This document shows, piece after piece, positions 36,219-48,699 of a stretch of 64,000 nucleotides of DNA. Under the pieces are notes generated by a model, which was not told where the DNA came from, searched no databases, and saw only the letters and a program-made list of their open reading frames with translations. Location of the stretch: assembly GCA_035221665.1 (NCBI GenBank), contig CM069139.1, forward strand, positions 56,482,001-56,546,000, given 5' to 3'. A program made the translations under genes and the position numbers. The first letter of the stretch is position 1. Each line of letters starts with the position of its first letter. Source of the DNA: Okamejei kenojei (lineage: Eukaryota).

Positions 36219-38313
36219 GTTGTCATTCTTGTTGGCAGACTGGCAGAGTTGGCCCCAGTAACTTTAAAACATTAACTCTCTTACATGATTTATTGCATTA
36301 CATCATACTTTGGCTGAAAAAGGGGTCAGCTTCAAGTAACTTAAAAGCAACTTGTTTGTCTTTAATGACCATGTCTGACAAAAGTTCAACAAAATCTTTG
36401 CATCAATTGGAGCAACACAAATAGGATGAAGAAAAATGCATCCAGAACTATTATATATTGGAACATTTTCATTAAATTTACCACACAGGTAGGAAGTGTA
36501 ATACACGTGCTTTAACACACTCATGTTACACATGTGCCTCCTATAAATGCAGTCAAATAGCTGTCCTTGATAAGTGCACTTGAGTAGAAAGGCTAGATTA
36601 ACAACCATGAAGAACATTAAATCTGAACCCTGTATGTGATGGTGGATCCGTAATATTCTTTGCCTCGGAAGGCTGTGGAGGCCAAGTCAATGGATATTAT
36701 TAAAGCAGAGGTAGATACATTCTTGATTAGTACAGGTGTCAGGGGTTATGGGGAGAAGGCACGAGAATGGGGTTAGGAGGGAGAGGGAGTGATAGATCAG
36801 CCATGATTGAATAGTGGAGTTGATGGGCTGAATGGCCTAACTCTGCACCTATCACGTATGTCCTCATGATACCCATTAACCAAGCAGTAATCTGGGCCAA
36901 ATCAGAAGCGTTACTGATCCATAAACCCTTAAAAAATGGTAATGTAGATTGTTGAGAATTTTTCCTAATTTAAAGGCTCACATGCAAAAATCCTGGGGAA
37001 ATATAAGGAAGAGTCAAATTTTTAGATACAATATACTTAATAAATTATCAGCGCAATTTCCAATTTTGGAGGGGCTTATCGCATACTGAATGCTAGCAGA
37101 GAGCAAAAAGAATAATCTTACTATGTGATAGGAGCCAAAAAAATTTGCAATCTCTAGTTTCCACAATCTCTACAATTTACCTGCAGGCTACGATTTCAAA
37201 ATGTACTTACAGAAATCTGCAAATCCAATGAGCTGCAGAAATTTAAATTAGTTCCAATTTATAAAGTAGATCGAGCAATTTGGATGCCATTAATTTCTCA
37301 GAGCAAAGAAAAATATGCAAAGATGTTTGAAAAAAAAATTGAAGTAAACATTTTCTTTGTGGCACTATATTTTAGGTTCACTCAAACCACTCTTTTATAC
37401 ATATTTTTCAGAGTCAGCAAGTTCTGAGTTCATATCCAACTCTAGGACTGACCACATGATCTTAGTTGTCAATTCTCATTTTGGTCTCAAGCTTATCATG
37501 GTAACGTTAATAGATCTTCCTGTTTTGCAGTTTCAAGGGATTGCTGAACAGAAAGTTACACTTTCCAGAACAATATTCCTCTCTTTGGACTTTAGAGATA
37601 CAGTATGGAAACAGGCCCGTAGGCCCACTGAGTACGACCATTTTGTTTCTGATATCTTTCAATTTTTTTTTGTTCTGAGAAATTATTGGCATCCAACTTG
37701 GTCACTGAACTGTATAAATTGGGGCTAATTTAAATTTCTGCAACTCATTGGATTTGCAGATGTTTGTACGATGGGACACCTTGGTCGGCGTGGGCAAGCT
37801 GGTCTGAAGGGTCTGTTTCGATATTGTACGACTGACTCTCTATCTGCATAAAATACAAATAAGTTTCAACTAAGTTCATTTTATTTACTTTAAAAAACTC
37901 TTTGCCTTTAAACACAGAAAACTAAAGTATGGTTCAAAATATTTTCAATTTTGTGTTCGTTTTTAGTTTTACTGTTAAAGAGATGCAGCGTGGAAACAAG
38001 CCCTTCGGCCCACCGAGTCCACTCTGACCAATAATCACCCCATAGACTAGGTCTATTCTACACACAAGGGGCAATTTACAGAAGCCAATTAACTGCAAAC
38101 TCCATAGTGACAGCACTCAAAGTCAGGATCGAACCTGATTCTCCCAATGCTGTGAGGCAGCAACTCTACTGCTGCGTCACTTTAAACTACTAATTTTCTC
38201 CCACATGCTTAAACTCATCTGTTGGATGGAAAGAGATGAGTTTGCTTTCTGAGCACGCCGACTGTGACCGCGTGGGGTTGCTCCGGTTTCCTCCCACACT
38301 CCAAAGACATGTA

Positions 38314-39572
38314 CATGGGCCACAGAACCCGGGGGGGGCTGCAGCCCCCCCACTTTTTTAGCAATGTTTCCCTTGGGAGTTAGCGGCTAGCCCAGCGGAT
38401 GTACTTTAGTGACCGACACGGATGGTTCAGTGTCTGCAGGAAGCACCGACCTCATCGGTAACACACCGGGGAGGGGTCAGCAACTCACCGCGGTAGGGGT
38501 GGGCTGGCAGGCCGGTGAACGTGAAGGGTGGGGTGGAGGGAGGGAGAGTGGAGGCTTCCCACACTCACACACGGAGCCGTGTGGAAGCGAGCGACGGGAG
38601 GAGGGGCCCGGGGTATGAGGGCACAAGGTCAAGGGGTCAGACTAATAGAGAACGCTGCTGAATAACCCAACCTTCCTGCTCCTATTTATAGAGGAATCAG
38701 GAACAAAAAAAACAGAGAGCTGCCATGCCAAACATTGGCTAACCCCAGATAGATTCCAGGGTCAGCTCTGATCTCACACCTGGAAGGATGTCAAGAGTTC
38801 GTAGGGAAACCAGAATGGGTGAGCAATGAAAGGTCTCAGTCATGCGTAGACTCGGGCTATTTACGTTGCAGGGGAGTAGGAGAAGTTGTTCCAAGAGACG
38901 TACAACACGGGTGATCACACCAGAGGCATTCGGCAGAGAGTGGAGAGACCCTTCACAAAGAGGGCTGGGCCTAGCACTGAAGGGGAAACCTTGCAAATGT
39001 CTGGAAGGAAGGGCAAGGCAATAGGCAAGATGGACATAAAATGCTGGAATAACTCAGTAAGCCAGCATCTCTGGAGAAAATAAATGGGTGACATATTGTT
39101 TTGGGTCTAAAATAATAATCACCTGCTCCTATTTCTCATGTACCTCATGTTCTCATGTTCTCTGCCACTTGAGGCCAGTTCATATGCTATATTTAAGAGG
39201 GAGCTCGATGTGGCCCTTGTGGCTATAGGGATCAGAGGGTATGGAGAGGCAGGTACAGGATAGTGAGTTGGATGATCAGCCATGATCATATTGAATGGCG
39301 GTGCAGGCTCGAAGAGCCAAATGGCCTACTGCTGCACCTATTTTCTATGTTTCTATGTATCTTAAAAATACTTCAAACAAAAAAAAACATGAAATCATAC
39401 TTCTACAATGCACTAAAACATGATTTTAATACATCAAATTTCAAAAAGTCCCTACCGTGGGAGCACACCCTCCCACCGCTCGGTTGCTTTGCACGTTTGC
39501 CGTGTACCTCTGAGGCCGGTGATCAGTGATCCCTCAGCCCCCCCCACTTTCAAAAACGCTCAGCGGCCCCTG
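38314..39572. mobile_element. Non-autonomous DNA transposon (short TIR, 5-bp TSD) inserted in a SINE
   Basis: TSD ATGTA at 38309-38313 and 39573-39577. Ends CATGGGCC...GGCCCCTG. Subterminal cagcccccccacttt at both ends. Host SINE 'ccaaagac-atgta-ggtttgtagg' rejoins perfectly. Contains a nested CR1 3' end (39165-39358). Confidence 0.75.
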
Positions 39573-41209
39573 ATGTAGGTTTGTAGGTTAATTGGCTTCT
39601 GTAAATTGTCCCTAGTGTGTCAGATAGAACTAGTGACTGCAGGTCAGCATGGACTTGGTGGGCCAAAGGGCCTGTTTCCACGCTGCATCTTGAAAACTAA
39701 AATTAAAATATTTTGAATCATGCTTTAGTTTTCTGTGTTTAGAAGGCAATGGTTTGTATAAAGCAAAAAAATGCACTGTTGAAGCTCATTTGCATTTTAT
39801 GCAGGTATAGTCATAGAGAGCCATCGAGACAAGCAATGGTAAATGTTGCAGATGGGCTTCATCTCCCTTGAGAAAGCACATCTTGACGTTGATCCCAGAA
39901 ACACCCAACTGAGACAAAGAACAAACCGCAGAAAGAACTATTGTAATTTTCCTCTTCCTACTCTGAGGCATGGAGCATCAATATATGACCAAGCTGTGCC
40001 AGTAGGGCCACACAAATGTTCAACTTTGTTTTGATGCTGCATTTTTGACAGCTGCTTTCGATTTTCCCCTTATTACTTAGTGTGCAACTGGATTGTTTTT
40101 ACTATAGTTTGAGACAATTCCCAAGGCTAAAGAATGTAGCATAATGCATGACTAATCCACAGCAGGCAATGTAAATCTTTGCAATATAAAACATATTAAT
40201 TTATAGCACATATCAGTGCACTCCTAATACAGAGAAATTATAGTAATGAGATACTGCTGAATGTGTTTGTTTTTATACATGCATTACTCACTTTGTACTA
40301 TGTTGCCTGGGGCTATAAAATTAGTATTCAGCATAGCGCCAAGGAAACAGTACATGAAACAAAGACTGTTAGAGAAAATATTGATCTTTTATCAAATTTG
40401 CTACTGAAAGTTCTGCACAGATTCCCTGTTATTGGAATATAAAGAAAGAGAACAACTGTAGTGAATGGAGCAGTGACTGAGTGAGTGCAAACCTCCATCT
40501 GAAGTGCATTGGACTGTGGAGTTTTTGATTTCACATACTGTGGAGAGGGGAATAAAACAAGTTGTCATCAACATCAAGCATTACTTCTGTGAATCTTTAG
40601 TGGACAGTTTCTGTCAGATTCCAAGGTACCAGTCTACAAATGTTTGGTCCATCAGAAGTCAAACAAAGTTGCCAAGCAAACAATTTGAAAAGGTGCAGCA
40701 AACCCGAGTAGTGAAGCAGAAAATACATCCCAAAGACGTGCAGGTTTGTGGGTTAATTGGCCTCTGTGCAGCAAGTGGTGGAGAACATGGGATAATGTGG
40801 AGCCAGTTTGAATAGGTGATTAGTGGTCGGCGTGGTCTTGGTGGGTCGAAGGACCTGTTTCCACACTGTATCTCAAAAAAAGAATACATTTGACAAGAAA
40901 CTAGACACAAGGGATTGCAGATGCTGGTTTACAAAAAAAAGACACAAAGTGCTGGAGTAACTCAGCAGGTTGGACGACTCAAGTCAGCATTCAGCACATG
41001 TCTTTTGACAAGAAAGTGCTTGCAACAGAACAGCTTTAGTTACCGTAGCTTATATGAAGCAATGATGTGCACATGACGGAGGTTCCTACATTCACACAGA
41101 ATAAAGATCTCCATGGAAAAAGAACTGCATCTGATTCCCACAATCATGGAGACAGATGTTTTACTATTCAAATTATATTTATTGCAGTCCTGACCTGCCA
41201 TCTACCTCA

Positions 41210-42120
41210 TAGTCATACAGCATAGAAATAGACACTCGGTCCAACTTGCTCACGCTGACCAAAATGTCCGATCTACATGAGGCCCACCTGTATGTGTTTG
41301 TCCCATGACCCTCTAAACCTATCCTATCCATGTACCTGTCCAAATGTTTCTTAAACGTTGTGATAGCACCTGCATCCTCCAGCAGGATGCTCCGTAAAAC
41401 CAACACCTTTTCTGTAAAAAAGCTACCCCTCGGGTACCGGTTAAATCTTTCCCACCTCACCGTAAACCTCTGTCCTCTGGTTTCCAATTCCCTTACTCTG
41501 GGCTAGAGACTGTGTGTTTACCCGATCTATTCCTCTCATGATATTGTACACCTCTATAAGATCACACCTCATCCACCTGTGCTCCAAGGAATAGAGTCCT
41601 GGCCTGCTCAACCTCTCCCTAAAGCTCAGGCCCTCGAGTCCTGGCAACATCCTGGCCAGAGTGAGGCCCACCGTAAATTGGAGGAGCAGCACCTTATATT
41701 TCACTTGGGTAGTTCACACCCCAGTGGTATGAACATTGACTTCTCCAATTTCAGGTAGTCCCTGCTTTCTCCTTCTTTTCCCTCCCCTTCCCAGCTCTCC
41801 CACAGCCCACTGTCTCCACCACTTCCTTCCCGCCCCCCCAATCCCACATCAATCCGAAGAAGAGTCTCGACCCGAAACGTCGCCTATTCCCTTCGCTCCA
41901 TAGATGTTGCCTCGCCCGCTGAGTTTCTCCAGCATTTTTGTCTACCTCCTCATACGTGTTCTCTGCACCCTTTTCAGCTTGACATCTTGCCTATAACATG
42001 GTTTCCAAAACTGAGCACAATACTCTAAATGAGGCCTGACCAACATCCTATACAACTGTAACATGACTTCCCAACTTCTGTACTTAATACTCTAACAGAT
42101 GATGGTCAATGTGCCAAAAG
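41210..42120 (-). mobile_element. CR1-type LINE fragment interrupted by a Penelope fragment (41655-41950, plus strand)
   Basis: RMLPGLEGLSFRERLSRPGLYSLEH... on the minus strand. The insert encodes KLEEQHLIFHLGSSHPSGMNIDFSNFR* and carries a hammerhead-like motif at 41854-41881. Confidence 0.85.
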
Positions 42121-43024
42121 GATACCTTTGAACTATCTTTAATCAGATGTTATTGGACTACAAAGTTATATCTTTGCACTAAATGTTGTACCCTTTATCT
42201 GTACACCATGGATGGTTTTGTTATATTCATGTATAGTTGTTTCTTTGACTAGATAGCATGCAAACAAAAGCTTTTCACTGTACCACAGTACACGTGACAA
42301 TAATAAACTAAACTAAACCACTGCATAACATTGATAGAAAATCTGCCTTTGCAGTGAAGTTTCCAATACAATTTAACATGTTACAAAATGCCATGGCTTA
42401 CACAGTGACTTTTGTGCAACTCTAAGGAACACAACATTACTCATGGTTTGGTTACAGTATCTCTCCAATATTCACAATCAGTTGTAAAGCTGAATTGAAA
42501 GTATTGACTTACGAAGTAGTAAAAACAATGAAATACAGATGCTGGTTTTCAGAAAAAGACACAAAGTATTGGAGTAACTCAGCATGTGTGGCAGCATCTT
42601 GGGAGAACACGGATCAATGACGTTTTGGATCGGGAGCCTTCTTCAGATCGATTGTAGGGGATGCGAGGGGGGGGGGGGGGAGAGAAAACTGGAAGAGAGG
42701 AGGGGGCAGGACAAAGCGTGGCAGGTAATAGGTGAACACATTGTCCTGCCCCTCCCCTCCAGTTTTCCTCTCCTCCCAACACCTACAATCAGTTTGATGT
42801 GTCCCAACCCAAAAACGTCACCGCTCCAATATTCTCCAGAGATGCTGCCTAACGCGCTGAGTTACTCTGCCATTTTGTGTCTGCTTTTTACAGACTTACC
42901 AAAGCTTGCTGAAGTTGTCCTAGTCCACTGAGCTTTATTCCCCTGACATATGTCCAGGCACATGTTTATTTCTGTGAAGTAAGAGATAGCAACTCCACCC
43001 CAGTCAAAGTTCTTCCATCCAGCT

Positions 43025-43945
43025 AGTCTTTAGACTTTAAGACTTCAGAGATACAGCGCGGAAACAGGCCCTTTAGCCCACCGAGCCTGCCCCGACCAGC
43101 GATCACCCCGGACACTAACCTACGCACACTAGGGACAATCACACGCAATCACAGGGAGAATGTACAAACAGGGAGAATGTACAGATAGCACCCGTGGTCT
43201 GTGGCGCTGTAAGGCAGCAACTCCACTGCTGTGCCACTGTGTCCCACCCAGTGCTCCTAATCATGGCAAGTTCCATCAACCTCACAGCGGTCAGTTATCC
43301 CCAGAGTTTGGTTAAGAAGAGACCGCATACAAGTTCTCAATCAATAAATGAAAAACTCAATCACAGCAGGAAACCAAACTGTCAGTTGTTTCGAGTAGTT
43401 GGCAAGTCTAATGCAATAATCCTACATTACAACAGAGACTACACTTCAAAAGTGCTTCACCGGTTGAAAGGCTAGTTCTTTCTTTTTTCTATTATTCTAT
43501 GCAGTTGATAGTGACAGATTTCACATTGGGATGCACCAAACATCAAAGTCAGCATTGAGATAATGCAGCATATGTTGAATATCATTTTGAAAATTATCTC
43601 CACAGTTAGTGTTTCTATTTTTGTAACATTCATTGGACAGGATTTTCTCATGCACAAGGCACGAGTATTGCATTGATACTTTATCATGCACTTCTGGTCA
43701 GCAGGAGTATGCAAGAATTCACAGTGTTCACACTGTTAAATTACATTACAAAAATCTTTAGGCCGCACAGTGGGTGCAACAGCTGAGTTGCTGCCTTACA
43801 GCGCCAGAGACCAGGGTTCGAACCTGACTACGGGTGCTGTCTGTACGGAGTTTGTACATTCTCCCAGTGACAGCGAGGGTTTTCCGCAGGTGTTCCGGTT
43901 TCCTTCCACATTCCAAGGGTACTGGTCTGCAAATGGTTAATGACT
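43025..43945. mobile_element. Two V-SINE copies in opposite orientation (43025-43245 minus; 43760-43945 plus)
   Basis: SINE head, core and tail motifs as above. Confidence 0.75.
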
Positions 43946-44604
43946 CCAAATAACGAGAATTATATTTCCCACATGGGAATGGTAGACTTTAATGCCCTTA
44001 AGCACTCTCCTATTAAGCATTTTATAACAAATTGCATGATTGCAACATAAATGTAAGCATTTTCATTTCTCGTTATAACTGTACAAGATCTTGTTTGTCA
44101 TGTATGATTGATTGAACAAGCTCTTGTGATATTCCATTAATGAAGCTATCTGGGAATTTGAAGTAAATGATAATGGGCTAAAACCATGGTTGAAACCTTA
44201 AGTGGAATTTCTCTTTATGGAACAGATCTTAAAAATGAAATTCTCTTCCACCCAGAGAAGGGAATTGCTTTTGAATGTGCCAGATTTTGACCTAACGTAT
44301 AATTGGACTGGTTCACAAAATATTGAGTAGAAACATGGTATCAAATGGACATTTGACTCTGATCGATGACACCCCATGCTGATGGATTATATAATTCACT
44401 AAAGCACAAGCACACGATGGCAAAGTCATACAAGTTATTGAAGGAAGATATATAAACTATCTGCTGCTGTGGGAGGCAGCTGATATGAGATTGCTTCTAC
44501 AAATAGATTTAATTGTGAACAGAGTGAAATAGAGAAGAATGAGTCAGATCGTTTAATAAAGCTTTTCATTCTCGTGCTATCTTCAAAATGTACAATAAGC
44601 ATAC

Positions 44605-44855
44605 GGTGGCACGGTAGTGCATCGGTAGAGTTGCTGCCTCACAGCGCCAGAGCCCCGGGTTCCACCCTGATTATGGGTGCTGTCTGTACGAAGTTTGTAT
44701 GTTCTCCCCATGATCATGTGGATTTTCACCGGGTGCTCTGGTTTCCCTCACTCACTCCAAAGACGTGCAGGTTTGTAGGTTAATTGGCCTCGGTGAAAAC
44801 TGTTAATTGTCCCTAGTGTGTAGGATAGGTGCGAGTGTGCGGGGATCGCCGGTTG
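44605..44855 (+). mobile_element. V-SINE (HE1-like)
   Basis: ggtggcacggtagtgcatcggtagagttgctgcctcacagcgccagag...ccaaagacgtgcaggtttgtagg. Confidence 0.82.
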
Positions 44856-45745
44856 ACACTTCTTAAGAATTTTTTTTAAGAGCTGCATGTTTTGGTGGTG
44901 CATACAAAAAATTCTTCTTTTGTTTCAAATCCTGTGAGAATTGTTTTCAGGACATAAAACAAAGTAGCTTGATAATCATCATAGGTTTAGGTTTATTAAT
45001 GTCATGTGTACCGAGATGCAGTGAAAAGCTTTGTTTTGCATGCTATCCAGTCAGATCAGATAAAACTGGATATAAATGTAATTCGGTCAAACTCAAGTAC
45101 AAAATATATAGCAAAGGGGAAGACACAGAGTGCAGAATTTAGTACTAAGCATTGTTGCGATTCAGTTCCACAGACTAAGTCGAATGTCCACAATGGGCTA
45201 GAAATTAATTGGACAGTACCCTAGCTTAGGGAAGGACCATTATACAGTATAATTAAATTAAAAAATATGATTTAATTATCCTCGTGCTGCTGATGTTTTA
45301 AATTACACCAAGCAAGAAAATATCTTTAATCTTTCATCTACTGGATCTTTGCAACCTGAAGTAAAAATTCTTGTGAATAAATTTGACAATCTGTATAAAA
45401 AAATGTCATTTTTAATCCCTAGTTCTTCCCTCACATTTTGTTCCACATTGTACAGAAGCAATTTTAAATGAATTACGCTGAGCGGACTGTGAATTTTCAC
45501 AGCTCATTTGAAAATGTCTGAACTTTGCATAAAGACAACAGTGTCTCTTTCTACTATGTTCAAATTTGTCTTCAAAATGGAACAATATAATTCTCTGGCT
45601 CTGCCGCCGTCATTGATGCAAGGGCTATACCCTTAAACAATTCAGATACTCGAGTCAAACCACATTTTCTTCCCTTATCTACAATATACTTTTTCAGAGT
45701 ACATTTATCATGAGAAAAAAGGTCCACATGCACTTTTAAGAGATA

Positions 45746-46591
45746 CTAGACTAAGTGCAGATCCGTTGGGTCTGTTCCCCATTGGTGTGCGTTGGGGAGC
45801 TTATGAAGCTGTTTTTGAAATGAGGCCCTCCCCCTGTCGTCACTGGAAGGTGGTGGAATATTCTGTTTTACTGTACCGTTGGTGGAACGGGGGGGGGGGG
45901 GGGGGGGGAGAGAACCATTGGAAGTGGTGTTTTAAAAGGTGGTTTTGACTTTTTTTAAACTTTAATCATGAATAGCCGGGCTGGGGGGGTGGGGGGGGGG
46001 GGTGGTGTGGAAGGGGGCGGGAGAAGTGAATAACCCGGGGGGGCTGTGAATAACTCGGGAGGGGGGGTGAATAACCCGTGGTGGGTGGTGTAAATAACCT
46101 GGGGAGGGGGGAGGAGTGGGAGGGAGTTGTGAATAACCCGGGGGGGGGGGGGGGGCGGGGGGGGGGTGGCATGGTATTTGAGAGCCCATTGTGATTAATC
46201 ATCACTGGAAGTTCCTGGAAAAAAGGCTGTCTGCGAGAAGCTGCGGTTACCATTGGCAACGTCCCATCGTGATGTAATTGTGGCACTCGGCAGCTTGAGA
46301 GCCCATTGCGATTGGTGCACTGTGGCATTGTGACATCATAATTGGAAAGTTCTGGTAAAAAGGCTGTGTGTGAAAACCATTTTTTGCCTTTTTCTAAACG
46401 TGATTCGTCAATAACTTGTGAAATATAGGATGAAATCTTAAGTGAACCTGATTACTGCGTGGAGGGGAAAAATGCGTCAGAATATATAAAAATGTAAGCA
46501 TTACCATGTCGCATTTTGACGAAGATAGAAAAACATACACACATACAGACAGACATAGACACACATACAAGACGAGACTTTTAATAGTATC
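45746..46591 (-). mobile_element. Non-autonomous Helitron, unit 1
   Basis: Minus-strand 3' end: hairpin ACAGACCC-AAC-GGATCTGC, 7 nt, CTAG|T. 5' end ATACTATTAAAAG followed by (GT)/(CTGT) microsatellite. Internal gtgaataacccgggg repeats. Confidence 0.78.
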
Positions 46592-47906
46592 CTAGACCAA
46601 GTGCAGACCTATTGGGTCTGTTCATCCAATGCAATATTCCACCACTCACCCATTCCCCCAATGCAACCCATCCCATCCCCCAAAGGAATATTCCACCAAT
46701 CACGCATAGCCCCCACCTGCACTGGCGTGGCTCATTTCTCATCCCCCAGCACTCCTCCTCCACTTCACCCACCCATTTCAATCCCTAGAAAGGGAGGGGG
46801 GTAGAGAGGGAGGAGTGGTAGAGATGGGGGGTTGGAGAGGGAGGGGGAGGAGAGAAGGAGGGGGGTAGAGATGGAGAGGGAGGGGAGTAGAGGGAGGGTA
46901 GAGGGAGGGGGAGAGGGTAGAGAGGGAGAGGAGCAGAGAGAGGGGGTAGAGAGAGGGAGGGGGTATAGTGCGGGAGGGAGGGTGGAGAGGGCAAGGGAGC
47001 GGGGCCGAGAGGGAGGGGGGGTAGAGAGGGTGGGAGTGAGGGTAGATAGGGAGTGGGTAGAGAGGGAGAGGGAGGGTAGAGAGGGAGGGGGCAAGAGAGG
47101 GAGTGTGGACATGGCAACTACTCTCCCTACACCCTCCTCGCCTCTCCGGGATCTTTCCCCTTTCCTCCTCCCCTCCCCAATCCCTCCTTCGCCTCTCTTT
47201 CCCTCTCCTTTTCCCTTCCGCCGCCGCTGCTCCATCTCTGTGTGGCTTCACCACCGCCGCGACGACCCACTGCCGCCACAAGGCCCCAACGTCGCGTAGC
47301 CTCACCACCGCCGCGGCTCCATCGTTGCTAAGCCTCACCGCTGTGGTCACGATGTCTACTTCACTGCCTTGATGGCGGCGTAAAACCCCAGCCAGGGCGT
47401 TGCACGTAGAAGCCCGGGTCGGAAAACGTGGTAATTTAAATGTGGCCCTCCCCCTGATGTACCTGGAAACTGGTGGCCGCCCACTCCCCCCTGGTGGCCG
47501 CCCACCCCCCAACTTGAAGCCGGTTGAAGGACGCTTGCTGTTTAAAAACTTGGTTTCTGCTATTTTTAAAACATTATAAGTTGTGAAATATAGCATGAAA
47601 TGTGAAGTGAAATGAAGCAGTTTATTTTGTCGACGGGGATAATGTGATTAATAATCTGTAAAAATGTCTGCGCATTTTGACAAAGGTAGAAAGACACTCT
47701 GGATACTTTCAAGAGAGAGCTCTTAAAGATAACGGAGTCAGAGGATATGGGGAGAAGGCAGGAAAGGGGTATTGATTGTGGATGATTAGCCATGATCACA
47801 TTGAATGGCGGTGCTGACTCGAAGGGCCAAATGGCCTAATCCTGCACCTATTGTCTATTGACACATACACACACACACACACAAAGATGTGACTTTTACA
47901 GGTATA
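46592..47906 (-). mobile_element. Non-autonomous Helitron, unit 2 (GA-rich tract, CpG-rich segment, nested CR1 3' end at 47700-47860)
   Basis: CTAG at 46592-46595 with hairpin gcagacct-att-gggtctgt. 5' end TATACCTGTAAAAG plus (GT)n. Confidence 0.75.
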
Positions 47907-48658
47907 CTAGACCAATTGCAGACCCGTTGGGTCTGCTCCCCAACACACCCGTTCCCTACCCGTAGCCCCCAAGGGAGGCATGGCCCTCCAACTCAAGCCG
48001 TTCCCGAATGTAAGATTCCAGCACTCCCCTTGTCTCCCTCAGCAGTGCTCTTTAAACAAAATTCCAATTGCACTTGCCCTGCGTGTTGCAATAGCAATTC
48101 GCCCTCCCCCTGCTAGTCGAGCCATTGTGACATCATCAGTTGAAGCTGGTCGGTTTGAAATTTAAGGTATTTTGATTTTTTTAAACTTTAATCAGTAATG
48201 TCGAGAAATAAAGCATAAAATGTTCAGTGAAAGTGATCTCTGCCTAGAGGGGTAAAATGTGAATCAGAATGTGTAAAAATCTTGTGAAAGTTGGCATTTT
48301 TAAATAACATGTCAAATATAGGATGAAATCTTCAGTGAGGCTGATCATTGGCTAGCTGAGCCATGGTGACGTCATCAGTTGAAGCTGGTCATTTTAATTT
48401 CAAAGTCTTTTGAGTTTTTAAGACTTTTATTCAGTAGTGAGTCGAGAATAAGTGGAGAAATAAAGCATAAAATGTTCAGATAAGGTGATCCCGGCCTCGA
48501 CGGGAAAAATGTCAATTGGAATATGTAAAAATGTAATCGTTACCACGTAGCGTTTTCGCGAAGATATAAAGACAACCACATATACACATACACACGCACA
48601 CACATATACACACGTACAAGATCAGACTTTTAATAAGTGTATGATATAGATAGATAGA
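47907..48658 (-). mobile_element. Non-autonomous Helitron, unit 3
   Basis: Perfect hairpin GCAGACCC-GTT-GGGTCTGC (47918-47936), 7 nt from CTAG (47907-47910). 5' end A|TCTAT...CTTATTAAAAG plus (GT)n. Internal ~170-240 bp duplication. Confidence 0.8.
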
Positions 48659-48699
48659 TGACCAAAGTTTGAAGAAACTAAGTAAATAACGGAAGATAC

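Noticed and set aside
46005-46150. Regularly spaced GTGAATAACCCGGGG repeats resembling a CRISPR array
   Set aside because: Spacers are short G-rich runs, there are no cas genes and the context is a vertebrate intron. It is a minisatellite within a Helitron.
46765-47596. Several 110-272 aa ORFs rich in Pro/Ser/Leu or Gly/Glu/Arg
   Set aside because: Products of low-complexity G/A and GC-rich tracts inside a Helitron unit.
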